Shown here piece after piece: positions 1 to 13,680 of a stretch of 64,000 bases of DNA; position 1 is the first letter of the stretch, and each line of letters begins with the position of its first letter. The notes beneath the pieces were generated by a model. The model worked only from the letters and a program-made list of their open reading frames with translations, had not been told where the DNA came from and did not search any database. Made by a program: the position numbers and the translations under genes. The DNA lies in assembly GCA_973895155.1 (NCBI GenBank), contig OZ316899.1:4777241-4841240 (forward strand), given 5' to 3'. Source of the DNA: Marsupella aquatica. Taxonomy: Eukaryota > Plantae > Marchantiophyta.

Positions 1-1904
1 TCAATGGGGAAATTTCATTCGTTTGGTGAGTTTCAACATCCATAAACAAGTAAACACACGAATCAACATTTTAAAAGAAGGAATCAAACAAAGTCATACT
101 AGCGCTTGGCGCTATCATTATTTCCAGTGACTTCCGTGTCCTAGTTCCACTCCAATATTTGCTCGAGTTTTGATACTAGCGCCCGACGCTAGTTTTATGA
201 ACCACTTGTTACTCGTATTTGTCCATATTCTAGTGTGAATGGTGGTAGCGCCAGGCGCTGGCATTGATTAAACCCGAAAATCTAACCAAATAATTTGGTT
301 CAAATGTTTCTTTATTGAATGCAGTGACTAAGCCATATTTCCTAAACTGTGCTCCAAATGTTTTATGCAGAACAAAAGCATAGAGGAAAGCGCTATGATT
401 CCTAACTGTACTACTTCACAGGCGGCACATTCCATAATGAAGGCTTGGCAAACTAAGAAAAAGGCTGGTCTATTTGAAGCATGTGAGATGGATCAAAATA
501 GGGCTCTGTCACAAGTTGCTGCGTATACGGCGTATAAGAGAGGTCTTAACCGAGGAACCAGACCTACAATTTGGGAATTGGCTTTCCGTTCGGCAGACCA
601 GGCAGGTTCTTCAAAACTTTTCCAAGATGCTTCCAATATGCTTCTTTCCGGTGCGGCTGAATTCGACCTGGAAAGGAGTGGCCCTCTCAATGGGGATGTT
701 ACCACAAAGTCTATGAAGAGGAAAGGTAAGCCTCTGGGAACATCTCGGCACAAGACTCCCATCAGCATGACACTATTCTTGTAACATCACCATATACTCG
801 AGGCATGAAAAGGAAAAACTTAAACAAGACTGAATTCTCCCCCGTTGCATCGGGTCCTGTTCACCATGACATTGGCGTTGTGGACCTGTCAGAAAGTGAA
901 ATTGAAGAAGGCAGACATTGGAGTACTCCGCCCTGGAGGAGGTCAACAAGGTCGTCTGCAGCCTCCCAACCTCCCAACCTCCAAAAGGTCTGCACCTCCC
1001 AACCTCCAAAGGTTGTCCATGACTCAACTGTGTTGGAGACAGATGTGCGACCAGGGGCGTGGCACCTACAAAGAGTGACGAGACATGGTGCAGGGCCTCA
1101 GTGTAATGGATCTCTTGGTGGAAAATTGGATCGAGATGACTGTTGCAATCATCTTAAAAAGGTTGTTTACCCGTCAACGGATGGTGTAGTTGGCATTGTT
1201 GTCAAAGAATATCGCGTGTTCAGGGGAGAACCACACCCTGAGATGATTTGGTTTTGTCCCAATAGTGCATGCTATAAGAGCCGGCCCCGTCGTAATGTGG
1301 TGAATCTTCCCCCATTTCCTCATAGCCTGCCCGTTTTGAAAGGAACTAATCTTTCCGAGGCTGAGGTCCAATTCTTGACTCAACAAGGGATTGCTATCAA
1401 TCTAGAGGCCGGATGTCAGGCTGCTCCATCTCCTTTTGACTTGCGAATCAATGTGAACCTTTTCCCGGAGAAAATCAATCTCCTTGAGCCAAATATCCGC
1501 CTTCGGAGCAGGAATGGTAATAATACAATCCCACGTTCAAATCTTTCGCAAGGGCACAACAAAAGAATTGAATCCGCAAACAAGGAGTCGATGACCCTCG
1601 TTCAACAATTTGATGTTTCTGTTGGGAACTCTTGGGGCAAACAATTTCAGATCCAAACCCAAGAGAGACTTCGCACGGCAAACACTTATTGGTACAGATT
1701 TGCATTTTCCCATGTTGTTCTTGTGAGGACTTCTATCGTCGCCATTCTCATGGTAGGCCCTTCATGCCGTGCAAGCATCTCTATTAGGTGTATACCAACG
1801 TCCTAAAACTAGATGTGGTGGATTCAACTTTGGCTAGTCAGCCAATTCTGACTGTAGGTGAGGTGAGGCTCATTCTAGCTAGGCAGAATTCTTTGGACTT
1901 ATAG
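1..1904 (+). pseudogene. MULE (Mutator-like) transposase 3' part with C-terminal SWIM zinc finger, copy 1 (window starts inside the gene)
   Basis: An exon ending QWGNFIRL (2-25) is followed by a GT..AG intron (26-370) and ORF pieces 365-784 and 805-1806. A shifted frame gives CSCEDF...PCKHLY*V (SWIM CxC...CxH) ending TAG at 1904. Colinear with the minus-strand copy at 4512-7209, same intron position. Confidence 0.8.
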
Positions 1905-4109
1905 ACTAGACATTTAGTAACGTTCAACGGCTCCAAACTGATTTGTCGCATTGGAACGTTTCAATCTTTTCAATGATACCTAATCAAATACTCATTTTCT
2001 TTACACATTTTGTTATAACATATGGCTAGCGTCGGGCGCTAGCTTCAGTTTGTCCCTTTCTGAGTGAATCTTGTTTGATTATGGTCCGAATGCTTTCCAG
2101 TACTTATCTTTGCGATCGGAATCTCCGTTTGTGAACTTTCCTATATTTGAGTTCTTCTCGTGGGATATAAATCTTCCCCTTCCAGGTCACACTTCATTGA
2201 AGTGTACTTAATTATTTATTTATGAACACCGTTCAATCCATTTGGTCTCATCTTAAACCCCTTGGTTTTTTGTTAGCGCCTAGCGCTATTACATAGTACC
2301 CTTACCGATTCCGATGATATTTTTAAGATTGGTATTTTTGGAGTGTGCCTCGCCTGAGTAGCCTGTGTATGGTGGGACCCACTCTATGGTTTACGCATAT
2401 ATGGTGGACAAGTAATTCAGTTACAGAGACAGCATGTGAATTTTGTTGTTGCAAGGAACCCGATCAAGTCTTACCTTTCCATCAAAAATGGGCCGAAAAC
2501 TTCATATCTTTACTGGTAACAGTTCCTGTTTTCCTATTTCCTGTCTTGGTGGTGATGCCCATGGCGGCCTGCTAGGCGGATGGCTTTCTTGTACTCGCGT
2601 TTGATCTCGTATCGTCGCGGGTTGGCATGTTTCAACGAGTCGGCCAAGTGTCCTCCGATAGACACGAACTGCGTCCAAAATTGTATGGCCGAACTGGAAA
2701 GGATCGTGTGCGACATTCAGAGGAGATGGAAGGCGACTAAGGATAAGCAAGAGAACTGGGGTCAAAGTTGGCGCGTGGATTGAAGAACTGGTGCACTGCA
2801 AAGGATTGGCCCCCTTTTTATACCCTCAAAGCTCGTCGATCGCTCGTCACCTCCTCATTGCTTATAGGCTGAGACTTTCACGCTTGCAGTGTACCAGCCA
2901 CTCCGCCAGTTTGGGTCAGCGCGTGTCAGTGGCCGCCTCCCAAAATTTGTTATACGGACCCAAGGGGAAAGAGTGGAGGGCCCCTTACACGCTCGCAACC
3001 CGGGCGTGCAAATGGCGACCCGCCACCACCCCGAACACGAACGCCCCTTATTGACTAATGATTTCCTACTCATAATGGCTATCTAAATACTATCATTATG
3101 CTAATAATTACGACCTAAGATACCCCCAATGCGCGTGTTAGGCCAAATCACTCATTACCCACCGTACCGACGACATCACAAGTCAGAGTGGGGGAGGGGG
3201 GAGGGGGGAGGGGTGGGGGCTGCCTCATGGCTTTGTTTGGCATCAATGGCTGAGCGTTCACAGAGTCGGAGCTTGAGTCACCCTCGACGATCTCTTGGCG
3301 CTAGCAGATTTGTCCCAGAGTTGGAGACTAGGACTAATTTGTCTTCATTGTGCCATGGCCAGGGACTCTTTCAAGCCCAAAAGATATATCTTTACCTTAC
3401 CTCTTAGTGGTGGACCTAGCCATCCATTGCCCGCACCAAACCCAGTACTCTTGCATTGGGTCTTGCCTAAGTGCCCTTGGTGCCCAAACGCCTCCGCGGA
3501 ACTCCACAAGCAAGCAATTGGTGCCTCTATCACCACATGCGATAACTCCCATACAAAGCCACACTTGCTCCTCAGCACAACCATTGCTCAATGGTCCCTA
3601 TTATCCACACAAGTAACCAAACCCATTGGGACGATCTTGGATCCCAAGGCCATTGTCTTGCCTCAAGCTCAATAGTCATTAGTGAGTAGGTCAATGAATA
3701 GAACCTCTTGGGCCCGCATGGCCTTGCCATAAGCCAAAGTGAAGACACCCACTGTTGGTCTAGAACAGCCCCTCTACTAGGTGCCACCCAAGCTTCCCCA
3801 TTGTTTATTTGTCACTGCCCTGTCCATGCCGATGGCCCAAATAGCTAGATTGTCCTGAAGCTTGTCCCAAACGCCGGGACCAGTTCGGCCCCTCGGGGGT
3901 TTCACTTCCACAAAAATGGCATATCACGTGCAACGAAGAATAGGGTCATTTTATTGGTTCTAGGGAATAACTTAAGAATTTTTGCAGAAGAACAATAGGG
4001 TCTTTTAAATTCAATTTTGAGATTTATAAGAACATTAGGGACTTTTTAATCCAATTTTTGGAATATTCCAATGGATATAACCACAGTGACAACAAATAGC
4101 AAATAGATG

Positions 4110-4245
4110 TGCTCATACAAGCAAAATTTTCCTCATATGAGAAAACTTTTGTCTCATATGAGTAAACAAATTACTCGTATGAGCATATCTATTTACTCGT
4201 ACGAGATTTTGTTTTCTCATACGAGTTTCTAGTTTTCTCGTATGC
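4110..4245. repeat. About 7 palindromic CTCRTAYGAG units at roughly 21-bp spacing
   Basis: Units ctcatatgag, ctcatatgag, ctcgtatgag, ctcgtacgag, ctcatacgag plus partial copies, separated by A/T-rich spacers, 3' of MULE copy 2. Confidence 0.7.
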
Positions 4246-4511
4246 ATTTTAGTTTCTTCTTTTTATGGTATTTAGCATCCATATATATGCAATAATTGTT
4301 CGGACAACATTGTGGTGGGGCCCGCTACTATACAACAACATAGGAATATTTTTCACAATTTCAACACAAGGACTCAAATACATTGCAACCAATTGCGTCG
4401 GCGAAACACAAGTGAACATTACTAGTGCCCGCCGCCAGTATGGAATTATGTTAGGAAAACAGCACTAAAAACACTTACACTTCTACCCGTCAGAAAAGAC
4501 AAACCACGATT

Positions 4512-7209
4512 CTAGTTGTTCAACGTTAAAGCAATAGTATAAATTCCCGTTCCCGATTGCCTATCAAGTATATAACGGACTTCTCCCAACGTTAGAATTG
4601 GTTGGCTACATAATGTTGAATTGTGCACATCCAGTTTGAACACATTCTTGAACACCCAATACACATGTTTACGAGGCATGTAAGGCTTCCGATAAGTATG
4701 ACGATGGTAGAAATCCTTGCAGGAGCAACATGGGAAACAACATATCTAGACCCAATAAGAGGCAAGTGATCTCTCATGTTCATGGGTCTGGATACAAGAT
4801 TGTTTCCCCAACGCATTTCCACTTGTGATCTCTCTGTGACCAATGACGCTCATGACTTCATTTTCAGAGGCTTCAATTTTCTTCAAATGAGTTGGGGTAA
4901 GCTGCACCCTTTGCAAGAATTTCTTCCCATTCCTTGAAGCGCACCTCACAGTTGGGTCAGTTAGGTTGATCCTCTCTGGGAAAAGATTGACATCAATCCG
5001 TAACGCAGATGACAACGGTGCTTCAATTTAATCTCCACGGCCTTCGGAGAGAAAGTCCTTGTTCTTTCAAGAATTGAATCTCTGTTGCAAAAAGATTGGT
5101 CCCTCTGGCAATTGGGAGATGTGAAGGAACATTCAGAATGTTCAAGACTCCTCTCCTTGTTGTGCTTTGGTGACAATTGTTGTTGGGGCAAAACCATATC
5201 TGATCGTTATAAGATTGTCCCCTGAATATTTGGCATCCTCTCACAAAAATTGCAACAACACCATCTAGATTCGGAAACCCAACCTCCTTCACTCGATTTT
5301 GACATTCATCACGACTCCCTCCCCGGCCAAGGGTTCCGTTACACACTGAACCCGCACCCCATTTTGAGGTCCGATGCAACTGCCAGGCACCAGGAGGTAC
5401 CTCACACTCTATTGGGGAAACTGATTGACAATATGCAATTTCGACAGTTCTTGCAGGGGTCAGTGGAGGGACAGAAGATCTCGACGCTCGACACGAAGGA
5501 GTGTCAATGATTACAACTTCCTTAGAATCATCGCTTTTGGACAAATTAAGGACCCCGTCAATTCCACCGGTTGAAGGCGTGGAATCTTACATCTTCTCAA
5601 AATCAATGGAATGGAGGTTTCTCCTTTTCAAAACTTTTGTATTTGGTGAAGTAAGGATGGTATCATGCCTCTACAAGTCTTGTGCCGAGACATTCCCAGT
5701 TGCCTGTCCTTTTTGTTTCACCGATTGCGTTACAACATCCCCATTCAATGGAACGCTTCTTTCCAATTCAAACTCCGCAGCGTTTGATAGGAGAAGATTG
5801 GTGGCTCTCAAAGGGACGCGGTGACCCCACCAGGTCCACCGATCTGAAGGCAAGCTCAAAAATAGTTGGGCCAGTTCCTCTATTCAATCCCCTTTTGTAT
5901 GCAGTATAGGTAGAAATTTGAGCATCAGCCCTATTTTGGTCCGTTTTGCATCCTTCAAATTGATCAACCTTCTTATTTTGTTGCCATGCTTTCATTCCAA
6001 CATGCCTAAATTCCAATCCAGTACAGTTTGGAATCATACCAGCTTCTATGGCACTCTTGCTCTGAAATATTGCACGCAAGTGTTTAGTATGTATATAACA
6101 AATTGCCCCACTAGTGGAAATAAAAATGAATTAACAGTAGCGCCAGGCACTAGTATATCATATTTGATGGGTATGTTTCCATTCAAAGTACAATTGATCA
6201 CAGTGTACTTCAGCCCTAATATCAATCACAGTCCAAATGGATTACTAGTGCTTGGCGCTACTATTGTGAATGAAGAACTTTGCAGTTTCATACAAGTTTC
6301 AGTAGCGCCATGCGCTATTAATTAGCCAATGTCTGAGGAGAATAGCCTATAACTCACCAGTCTTATGAAGTTCCCCCATTGTCTCCATCAGACAACCCAC
6401 CAGGATAACCACCCTTGGAGCATCCAAAGTTTGCCTGAGTGACAATTTCCTGACCTCCACCAGTCATCAATTTCTCTCAAGATTCAATATGCTTTCAGGA
6501 AAGTTGTCGCGTTCCAAAGGCGATCCCACATCTCCTTGTGCTCTCCATGATTTCCATCTTTCACACCTTCTCTTGAATGACAATGAAAAGATTGGAAAAA
6601 ATGGAAGGCATCTGATCTTTCTTGCTCTGGGTCGGGGAGTCTGTCAAAAAACATGTTTTGAACAGCATTCCAATCAGCCTAAGCATTGTCTGCCATGAAT
6701 CCCCGAATTGTAACATCTTTTAAGCCATTTTCATCGGCAACCTCAAGCATCAACCGCCAGGCTCTCTTGAGAGATTTTGCATCTTTGGCCTTTAGCTCAC
6801 AAGTGAATATTGTGCAAAGTGCCTGGTAATGATGATCATATACATGGGCACTAAAAGTAAGCCAATCTGTCGTGCTTCGATGCATCACGTCAAAACTTAC
6901 CCATGAGCCCTCTAACGACCTTCCAGGTTTCATTCTTTAGAGCAAGTCCAGACCTCGCCCGTCACCTTTTATGGTCATTTTGAAGATATGAGCACTCTCG
7001 TCCCGACAGCCTTGACCAGGGAGCAAGAACCTTTGAAGAAAAGGCAGTCGGATACATTTTTGCATCCTGACAAGAAATTCCAGTTCCCCTTTCCCCTTCT
7101 AATCTTGATGAACACTCCTTAACACGGATGCAAACTTCTGAGGAGATGTGACGACCATCAGGGACTCCCAGATTTCCTTCTCTTCTTCAAGAGAGATTTC
7201 TTCAACAGA
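4512..7209 (-). pseudogene. MULE transposase (DDE core + SWIM), copy 2, cut at 7209 by a CACTA insertion
   Basis: Core reads WVSFDVMH...FMADNA*AGWNAVRNMF...DAFHFFQS (MULE-type DxxxAxxNA...FH). Intron 6357-6062 follows WGNFIRL. C-terminus CSCKDF...PRKHVYW. Several stops and frameshifts. The reading frame runs right up to the CACTA TIR at 7210. Confidence 0.8.
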
Positions 7210-9015
7210 CACTAGAAGAAAACCTGTGTTTTACTACTACAGGCCCTGCAACTACTTTGCCTAAACAACTCATACGTGGTGCCAACCACTATTTTTTTAA
7301 TGGGTTGTAATAATCTGCATTTTATGACTCTACTTGGAACTATGTTACCTTAATCATTGATTACAACTCTTTTTTTGGCCACTAAAATTTAGATCACTTG
7401 AATTAGAGTTGTATATTACACAAATTTGCAAATCACTACAATCCACCGTCCACTACACCGTCAATGTTTCCAACTCTATTTTCAACTAAGATTTTACTAT
7501 TGGCCGAAACCACTACAAATACAAATACCACCAATATTTAAATGGTAAGGTGTTTTTTCAATCAACTCCCAATCAAGTGAATCTTTTCCAAGTGATCTTA
7601 ATTACTTGAATAATATCATTTATGAGCACACCTTTTGTTACTATAAATATCACCAATAGTGGAGTCACAAATGAAATTTGGCAAAATCATTTAAAATATT
7701 TTAGTGACAAGGAAATTCTTACAAACAACTTAAGATTGAGTGAATTAATTGTCAATGCATGTGAGCCACTCAATTAGTGGGTTAAATTAGTTTTAGGTTA
7801 GATTTTTTTTTTTGGTTCTAAGTAAGCATATTAAACCTGTAAATGAGTGGGAAGTAGAAGTGAAACTGAAGTAAACTCTCTTCAGTAAAGCAGAGTAAGA
7901 AAGTTTAATTAGTTTAAACCACGGTTAACTTAACAGTGGATTAGTGGATTAGATAGGTAATCAGATCCTTAGAGTTTTTAATTTAGGCTGGGATTTTTTC
8001 TGAAGGTTCTAGGCAGGCCCTGGAGAACCCTTGTAAAAGTGCAAGTCATCTCGACCGTTCAATTAGAAGCTATTTACAGTGGAACAAAACTTAAAATAGC
8101 CAACTTGCAGGACCTAGGGAAAATAGCCATAGAGCAAAAAATGTATTTTGAAGGCTAGCCACGGTGTTACTATACCTAACACTATCCCTTAGAATTACTA
8201 AACCTAGTTTTGGACTTATAGATACTTTTTGGGAGTGGTCCGAATTCTGTAAAAGTAGCTATGAATTATGACGGATTGCAGACTTTGAACAATTATAGAA
8301 AAGCCAAGTTTAGTTATATATCAATTCTAAGAATTGTTTTAGGAAGCCCTAGGGCTAGGAAAGCCAGGAGTATGTTCATAATAGTTTTTTTCTAATGAGT
8401 GAGTTTTGAGCTATAGGCGAAGATGGCTATGTTAAATGCCATAAGTAGCACTTAAAGGGAGACTTAAAGGGAGGAATGTTCTTTGTGCATACAAAGGGGT
8501 AATTCAGCTGCGTAGAGAAAAGTAGTGGACTCATTTACATCTGTAAAGGGCAGGGTTACAATGTAAAAGAGCTAGCTAAGGCCAGGTGTCGAGCCCAGAA
8601 TTCAATAGAGCAAAAATCAAAGTGAAATTGAAGGGAGAATGGAGCTCAACGCTGCAGCTGAATGGAGAGCCAATACTCCACCAAATCAAGTAAGAAGAAC
8701 TGGGCTGGAATGCTGGGCTCAAGGAGAATCAGAAGACCTGAACTAGAAGAGGAAATTCTGGAGCACGAATTAAAGGAGGAGATTGAAGGGAAAGCAAAGG
8801 CTGGAAGGGAAATTAATAGAGAAGATTGAAATTTCTGAATCAGAGAGAATATTTTACAGAAAGGAGAAGTCATCGACTGCTAACAAGGGGGCTCTTCAGG
8901 CGAAATCAACTTGCACCTTCTATAGGGGAACTTCGAGGTGGCAACAGTGGACAGCTAGAAGACCATTTCCTCAGCTAGGGTGATTGACAAGAAATCTGAG
9001 CTGTGGCCCTTAACT

Positions 9016-9170
9016 TCAAGAATTGAATGCAGGATCAAGTCCATAGAGATATTTCTGAAATTAGAATGGCTGCTCTTTGGACTCAAGAATTGAATGCAGG
9101 ATTAGTATCAAGTCCATAGAGATATTTCTGAAATTAGAATGGCTGCTCTTTGGACTCACAAATTGAATGC
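9016..9170 (+). repeat. Local tandem duplication of ~67-73 bp (about 2.2 copies)
   Basis: tcaagaattgaatgcaggat...ttagaatggctgctctttggactca repeated. Confidence 0.8.
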
Positions 9171-9229
9171 TCAACCGACAATCGAGAGAATAACACATGG
9201 AAGGGAGATATTTTTTGTGAGAATGGAGG

Positions 9230-11810
9230 TGTCACGCGATTGACATGGGTCTTAACACCAAAAACGTCACTATGGGTGCCAAAACCATCTCCTTGTACCT
9301 GAGGATCACGAAGGGATGTTGTGAAGGCCGGTAAACACCAGTTTATGCCCTTAACACCAGACTATCATAGCAAGACTCTATCACACATCATCGAAGCTCA
9401 ATCCCAAGGAACCAGGGTTGGGGATAAGATTTGCGCTCATGATAGTTCTGGGGAGAAGGGGTCTTCATATCGGGCCCGTACACACAGGGCCTAGCGCTAC
9501 GGTGCGCATAGGTCTATACGTATGCTTACTGTCATAGGTATGTTTCTATTCCGCCGCTGGAATGTACCCATAAACCAGTGACTCCTGACTGATTCCCGAC
9601 TTAGGGACTTCTAAGCCATTGCCCCACCACTCTGCCATTCCACTCTCAGCAATCAGAGCTATGACAGTCCTTACCCAGCCCGCTTCAATGCACCCTGTAC
9701 ACCTCTCAATGGCGCTGCTAGTCCCATCTACACTCAGATTGCCTCACACACACACACATCCATGAGAGAAATGAGGCCTGAGAGGAAAACTCAATTAGAT
9801 TCAAAGATGTGCACAATAGTTCACTGAGAACACTTGATCCGAACACTAGGGCTGAAGGCTGTCTCCTCCAGATTGTGACGTGCTTGCCCCGCAAGCCCCA
9901 TGCTTGCCATGCAAGCTCAATCCTGAACCTGAGCCCGACTCACTCCAGATTGCGATGGCAGATTGGACTCGAACCAATCCCGTACTTGCCTTGCAAACTC
10001 AATCCTGAACTCAACCTCCTTCACTACACTTCATTCTTGGGGGCACATACAGATCTCACACCTCCAATTCAGAACGTCAAGTTATGCATGCATAGTTGAC
10101 TCGACTTCAAAGCTGGTACCAGACCTAACGACGATCTATCCCAGACTGCAATGAGGCCCGGCCTCACGCTTGCCTTGCAAGCTCAGCTCTGGCCATAAAT
10201 CCCTTAGTGCTCTCTACCAAACAAGGCCCGGGACTCCCCATGGATCACGTAGCCTTGCCAGACTGAATTGTAAATGCTCCTTCTGCTGCCCCTCAATCAG
10301 TATCTCAGCCTCCCTAATGTGCTCACCACAAATCAAATTGACATCCTCCCCACAGTTTACAATCACCAATACATCACCTATCACCAAGGCTATGTATCGG
10401 GAGAAAAGAACCCAGTTGTGCTGCCCACTAGAAAGAGCCACAATCCAGCTCGCAAACCTAGCAACCCGTTGCAGCTATGAAGCTTGGCTGATTACTCCCT
10501 GAGTAATAGCACAGCCAAGCTCTCCCCAACACGCAGCGTCCAAGTCCAGCCTTGCTTGCACAGAGCTCCTCCCTACTGCTCAGTCTAAGTGAGATCACAC
10601 AACTGAAGTTCCCCCCCCCTTGCCTCTACCGGGGGGCTGCTCTATATACTCTCATACTGAGCCCAAATGGGTGGATACTACGCTGCTGGAGCCCCATCCC
10701 AGCCCTAACAGAGCCGCCACTATCTCTAACTATTGAACCCTAACTCGCAATTTTATTTCTATCTCGAATTGGCTATGTACTTCGGAATTGGCCCTCCTCC
10801 ATGGTTTTCGGGAGCTTACGCCTCCTCTCCCGATTTCTCTATTCAACCATTTGCTGCGTGGATAGCAGCGTTGGAAGCGGCTTGAGCTCCTCTTTCCAAC
10901 GAGGTCAATTATAGACGATTTGGCCAAATACATAGAAAGTTATGCCCCCGCAACCGAGAGAAGGTACTCATTGCTAGGCTAACCCGAGTTACATAGCTAA
11001 CCCGAGTTTGGCTAGCCTAGCTATCCTATCTAACCTTAGAAGAGTTAACCCGTGGCCTCGGGCTAGGCCGCTATCCGTGTCCGTTGTCCGCTATCTGTGT
11101 CCGTTGTCCGTGTCCGCAATCCGTGTCAGTTGTCCGTGTCCGTTGTTCGTGTTCGTTGTTCGTGTCCGTTATCCGTGTCCGCTATCTGTGCCTGCTATCT
11201 ACTATCCGTGTCTGTTGTCCGCTATCCGTTGTCCCGGGTTTAGTCTAACCCCAATCTAAATCCGCTAGCCACTAGCCACTATCCGGTATCTGTATCCGCT
11301 AACCTCTATTCGCTATCCGCTATCCGTGTCCGCTAACCTCTAGCCGTATCCGCTATCCGTGTCCGCTAACCTCTATTCGTATCCGCTATCCGTGTCCGCT
11401 AACCTTTGTCCGTGTCCGCTATCCGTGTCTGCTAACCTCTATCCGTATCCGCTATCCGTGTCCGCTAACCTCTATCCGTATCCGCTATCCCGGGTTACAC
11501 ACTAACCCATCACACTAATAAGATCATATCTTTCCTAATACACCTCTGTTTTGAGAGTGTTTTATATCGATTTTACTCGCCTTGACCAGATCTTTCCAAT
11601 GCTCTTTACAGATCTGGATTTGGTGACATATTGAAAGAGATATGGTCGCCGACCACCCGCGACATAGCTTTTATTTCCCTACTCTTAATGCCATGATTGC
11701 CCTTATTCTTGCCATCTTGCTAATTGTTATGCAATATCAATAGCTACTCCTTGCATACAGCAGCCTAGTTAATCAGATTAAAGAATAAGGACCATGTCAT
11801 CGGCGTCACA
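9230..11810. mobile_element. Solo LTR, 2581 bp (probably Gypsy), family copy 1
   Basis: TGTCAC...GTCACA ends; perfect 5-bp TSD GGAGG (9225-9229 / 11811-11815); homologous end to end with 59501-62160; no gag/pol. Confidence 0.9.
11068..11490 (+). repeat. Minisatellite inside the solo LTR (CCGCTATCCGTGT units grading into ~33-bp units containing GCTAACCTCTAT)
   Basis: Directly visible tandem units. Confidence 0.85.
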
Positions 11811-12011
11811 GGAGGGCTGGTATGAACAGAAGCACCAGCCAGACTTCCTTCAAATAAGCCACGATCCCTTCAAACAAGTTCAGTTCTCTAAGTCCTAGCT
11901 TAGTTCTCTCCTTGCTCCAAACTGAATCAGGCAGTTGACTCTACCATAGATGGGAAGCATTCATTCTCCTATTTCCATGAGTTCTTTCTCTCCGTTCACC
12001 CATGCACTTAC

Positions 12012-12946
12012 TGTCAAGACCAGGGCTTATATTTCACAGGAGTACTGGGCCTTTACGTTTGTAGTCTCACGGGGTTCCAATACCTAGCTTGCTCAAAGGT
12101 GGACAAGAGGGGCAGAAGTTCAAATCTGAGGGCTTTCACCAAGGTGTACCTCAAGCATTTCAGAGAGGACAACCAGATTACCAAGCCACTAACCAGTACG
12201 GTAAGGAGGTACCATGCTTGGGTCATTCGCAAGGCCCTAATCAGATGGGTGAGGCCTGGAGAAGGGCTCTTTCATGTCAAGGGGACCTAGGCTGGTTCTG
12301 GAGTCCAGGAATAAGGAGGGTAAGGAGTGGAGTCCTTAAAGCCAACATGGAGGGTACCTAAGGACCTGAGTTACATGGAGACTTTGGAGGAACTTGGAGG
12401 GCCATTGGAAGTTGATCCCTCTACTATTTTTAGAGCTATTTGGTAGATAGGGATGACTGTACTTTGGAGGCTGACTTAGTCCATGATTTGGAGGGATAGG
12501 ACAGCCAAGTCAGGAGGTGAGGTGGACCTGAATGAAGGGCAAAATCAAGGAGTTGATTTAGGCTTTCAAAAGGCCACCAACTAGCTCATTAGTTAGGTAA
12601 GACAAACAAGTGAGTTAGTGAGATAGTTAGGAGGATAAGTAAGGATCTTTGACCCCCTTGAAAGGTGGGCTGGTCTTTTTTAGTGATGAGTCACTTGCTG
12701 GCCTTTGGGGTGGTTTTGGACTTTGTGATGAGTTGGAGCCAAGCAAGGAGTACTTAAGTTGGTGTGAGTTACTTTGTGTGGGTCCAAGTATGGAGAATCA
12801 AGGAGTAGCACTAAGAGACCTTAGGGGAACTAAGGTAGATGTTCTAGGGGTACTAGAACTCAAGTGTATGCCTTGAGGCTTGAAAGGACCATAGTGTTAA
12901 GTAGTAGGAGTTGAAGAAGCTAAAGTATAGCAAGTAGGTAGTGACA
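12012..12946. mobile_element. Putative 935-bp solo LTR
   Basis: TGTCA...TGACA inverted ends; flanks ACTTAC / ACCTAC (one mismatch). Confidence 0.4.
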
Positions 12947-13394
12947 ACCTACCCATGTACTTCCCTTGAAATTCTTATGAAATTTCAGCGCGTTTCTAGG
13001 AAAGAAATTGTTGATGTGCACTCATCTGAAATCTTGAGGCCCTTGTGGTCTAGCATGTTGCTCATATGATTGTTGTGAGTCCAGAAGTCTTCTCTTTGGG
13101 AAATGGAGACCTAGATTAGTTGTCTTGCCGGGTAAGGGGACATTTCCAACGGTGGAAACCAAAGAATACCCATTTCTGGTGACGGAAACCAAATACATCT
13201 GCACAGTCTCAAGGAGAAGCAAAGGCTTAATGGAAATAGAGGTAGTTCCTTCTTATGGAGCGTCCCTCCCGTAGTTCCTGGTGATAAAGAGCTATCAAGT
13301 GCAAGCTTTTAGTACAATAAGGCTTATTAGCTCATAAGCGAGGGTCTGACAATGTACAAATCTCTTTAAATAAATTCATTATTATCACAAATTG

Positions 13395-13680
13395 TCTGAC
13401 TACAAATGCCACTAATATTAGAGTCCCATAAATATTATTTGATGCAATAATTACAAACCAAGTGCCACATCCTCCTTAGTCCAAAATCACTCTAAAGAAT
13501 GTCATTCTCTTCGCACATTTTAGTGACTCCAAATGCCACTAAGAGTAGACTGTCAATGCAGGGCCTTGCAAATGACTTGAAATGAAGTAGATCATTTTCC
13601 ATTCTCAGAAATCACTATGAATAATGTCATTCTTTAAATACATTTTGCAACTACAAATGCCACCAACATTAGAGTGTCAA
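13395..13680 (+). repeat. Three degenerate ~125-bp units with core ACTACAAATGCCACTAA
   Basis: Core seen near 13399, 13526 and 13650. Confidence 0.6.

Larger units (their letters stand above)
7760..13351. mobile_element. Putative ~2.1-kb solo LTR that itself holds two nested insertions
   Basis: TG(TGAGCC)...(GGTCTGA)CA flanked by ATGCA (7755-7759) and ATGTA (13352-13356), one mismatch. CACTA-A ACTAC-rich sequence resumes after it. Confidence 0.45.

Noticed and set aside
9809-11259. Short ORFs within the solo LTRs (also 59771-61195)
   Set aside because: Their similarity reflects DNA-level LTR homology; frames break between copies and show no domains.
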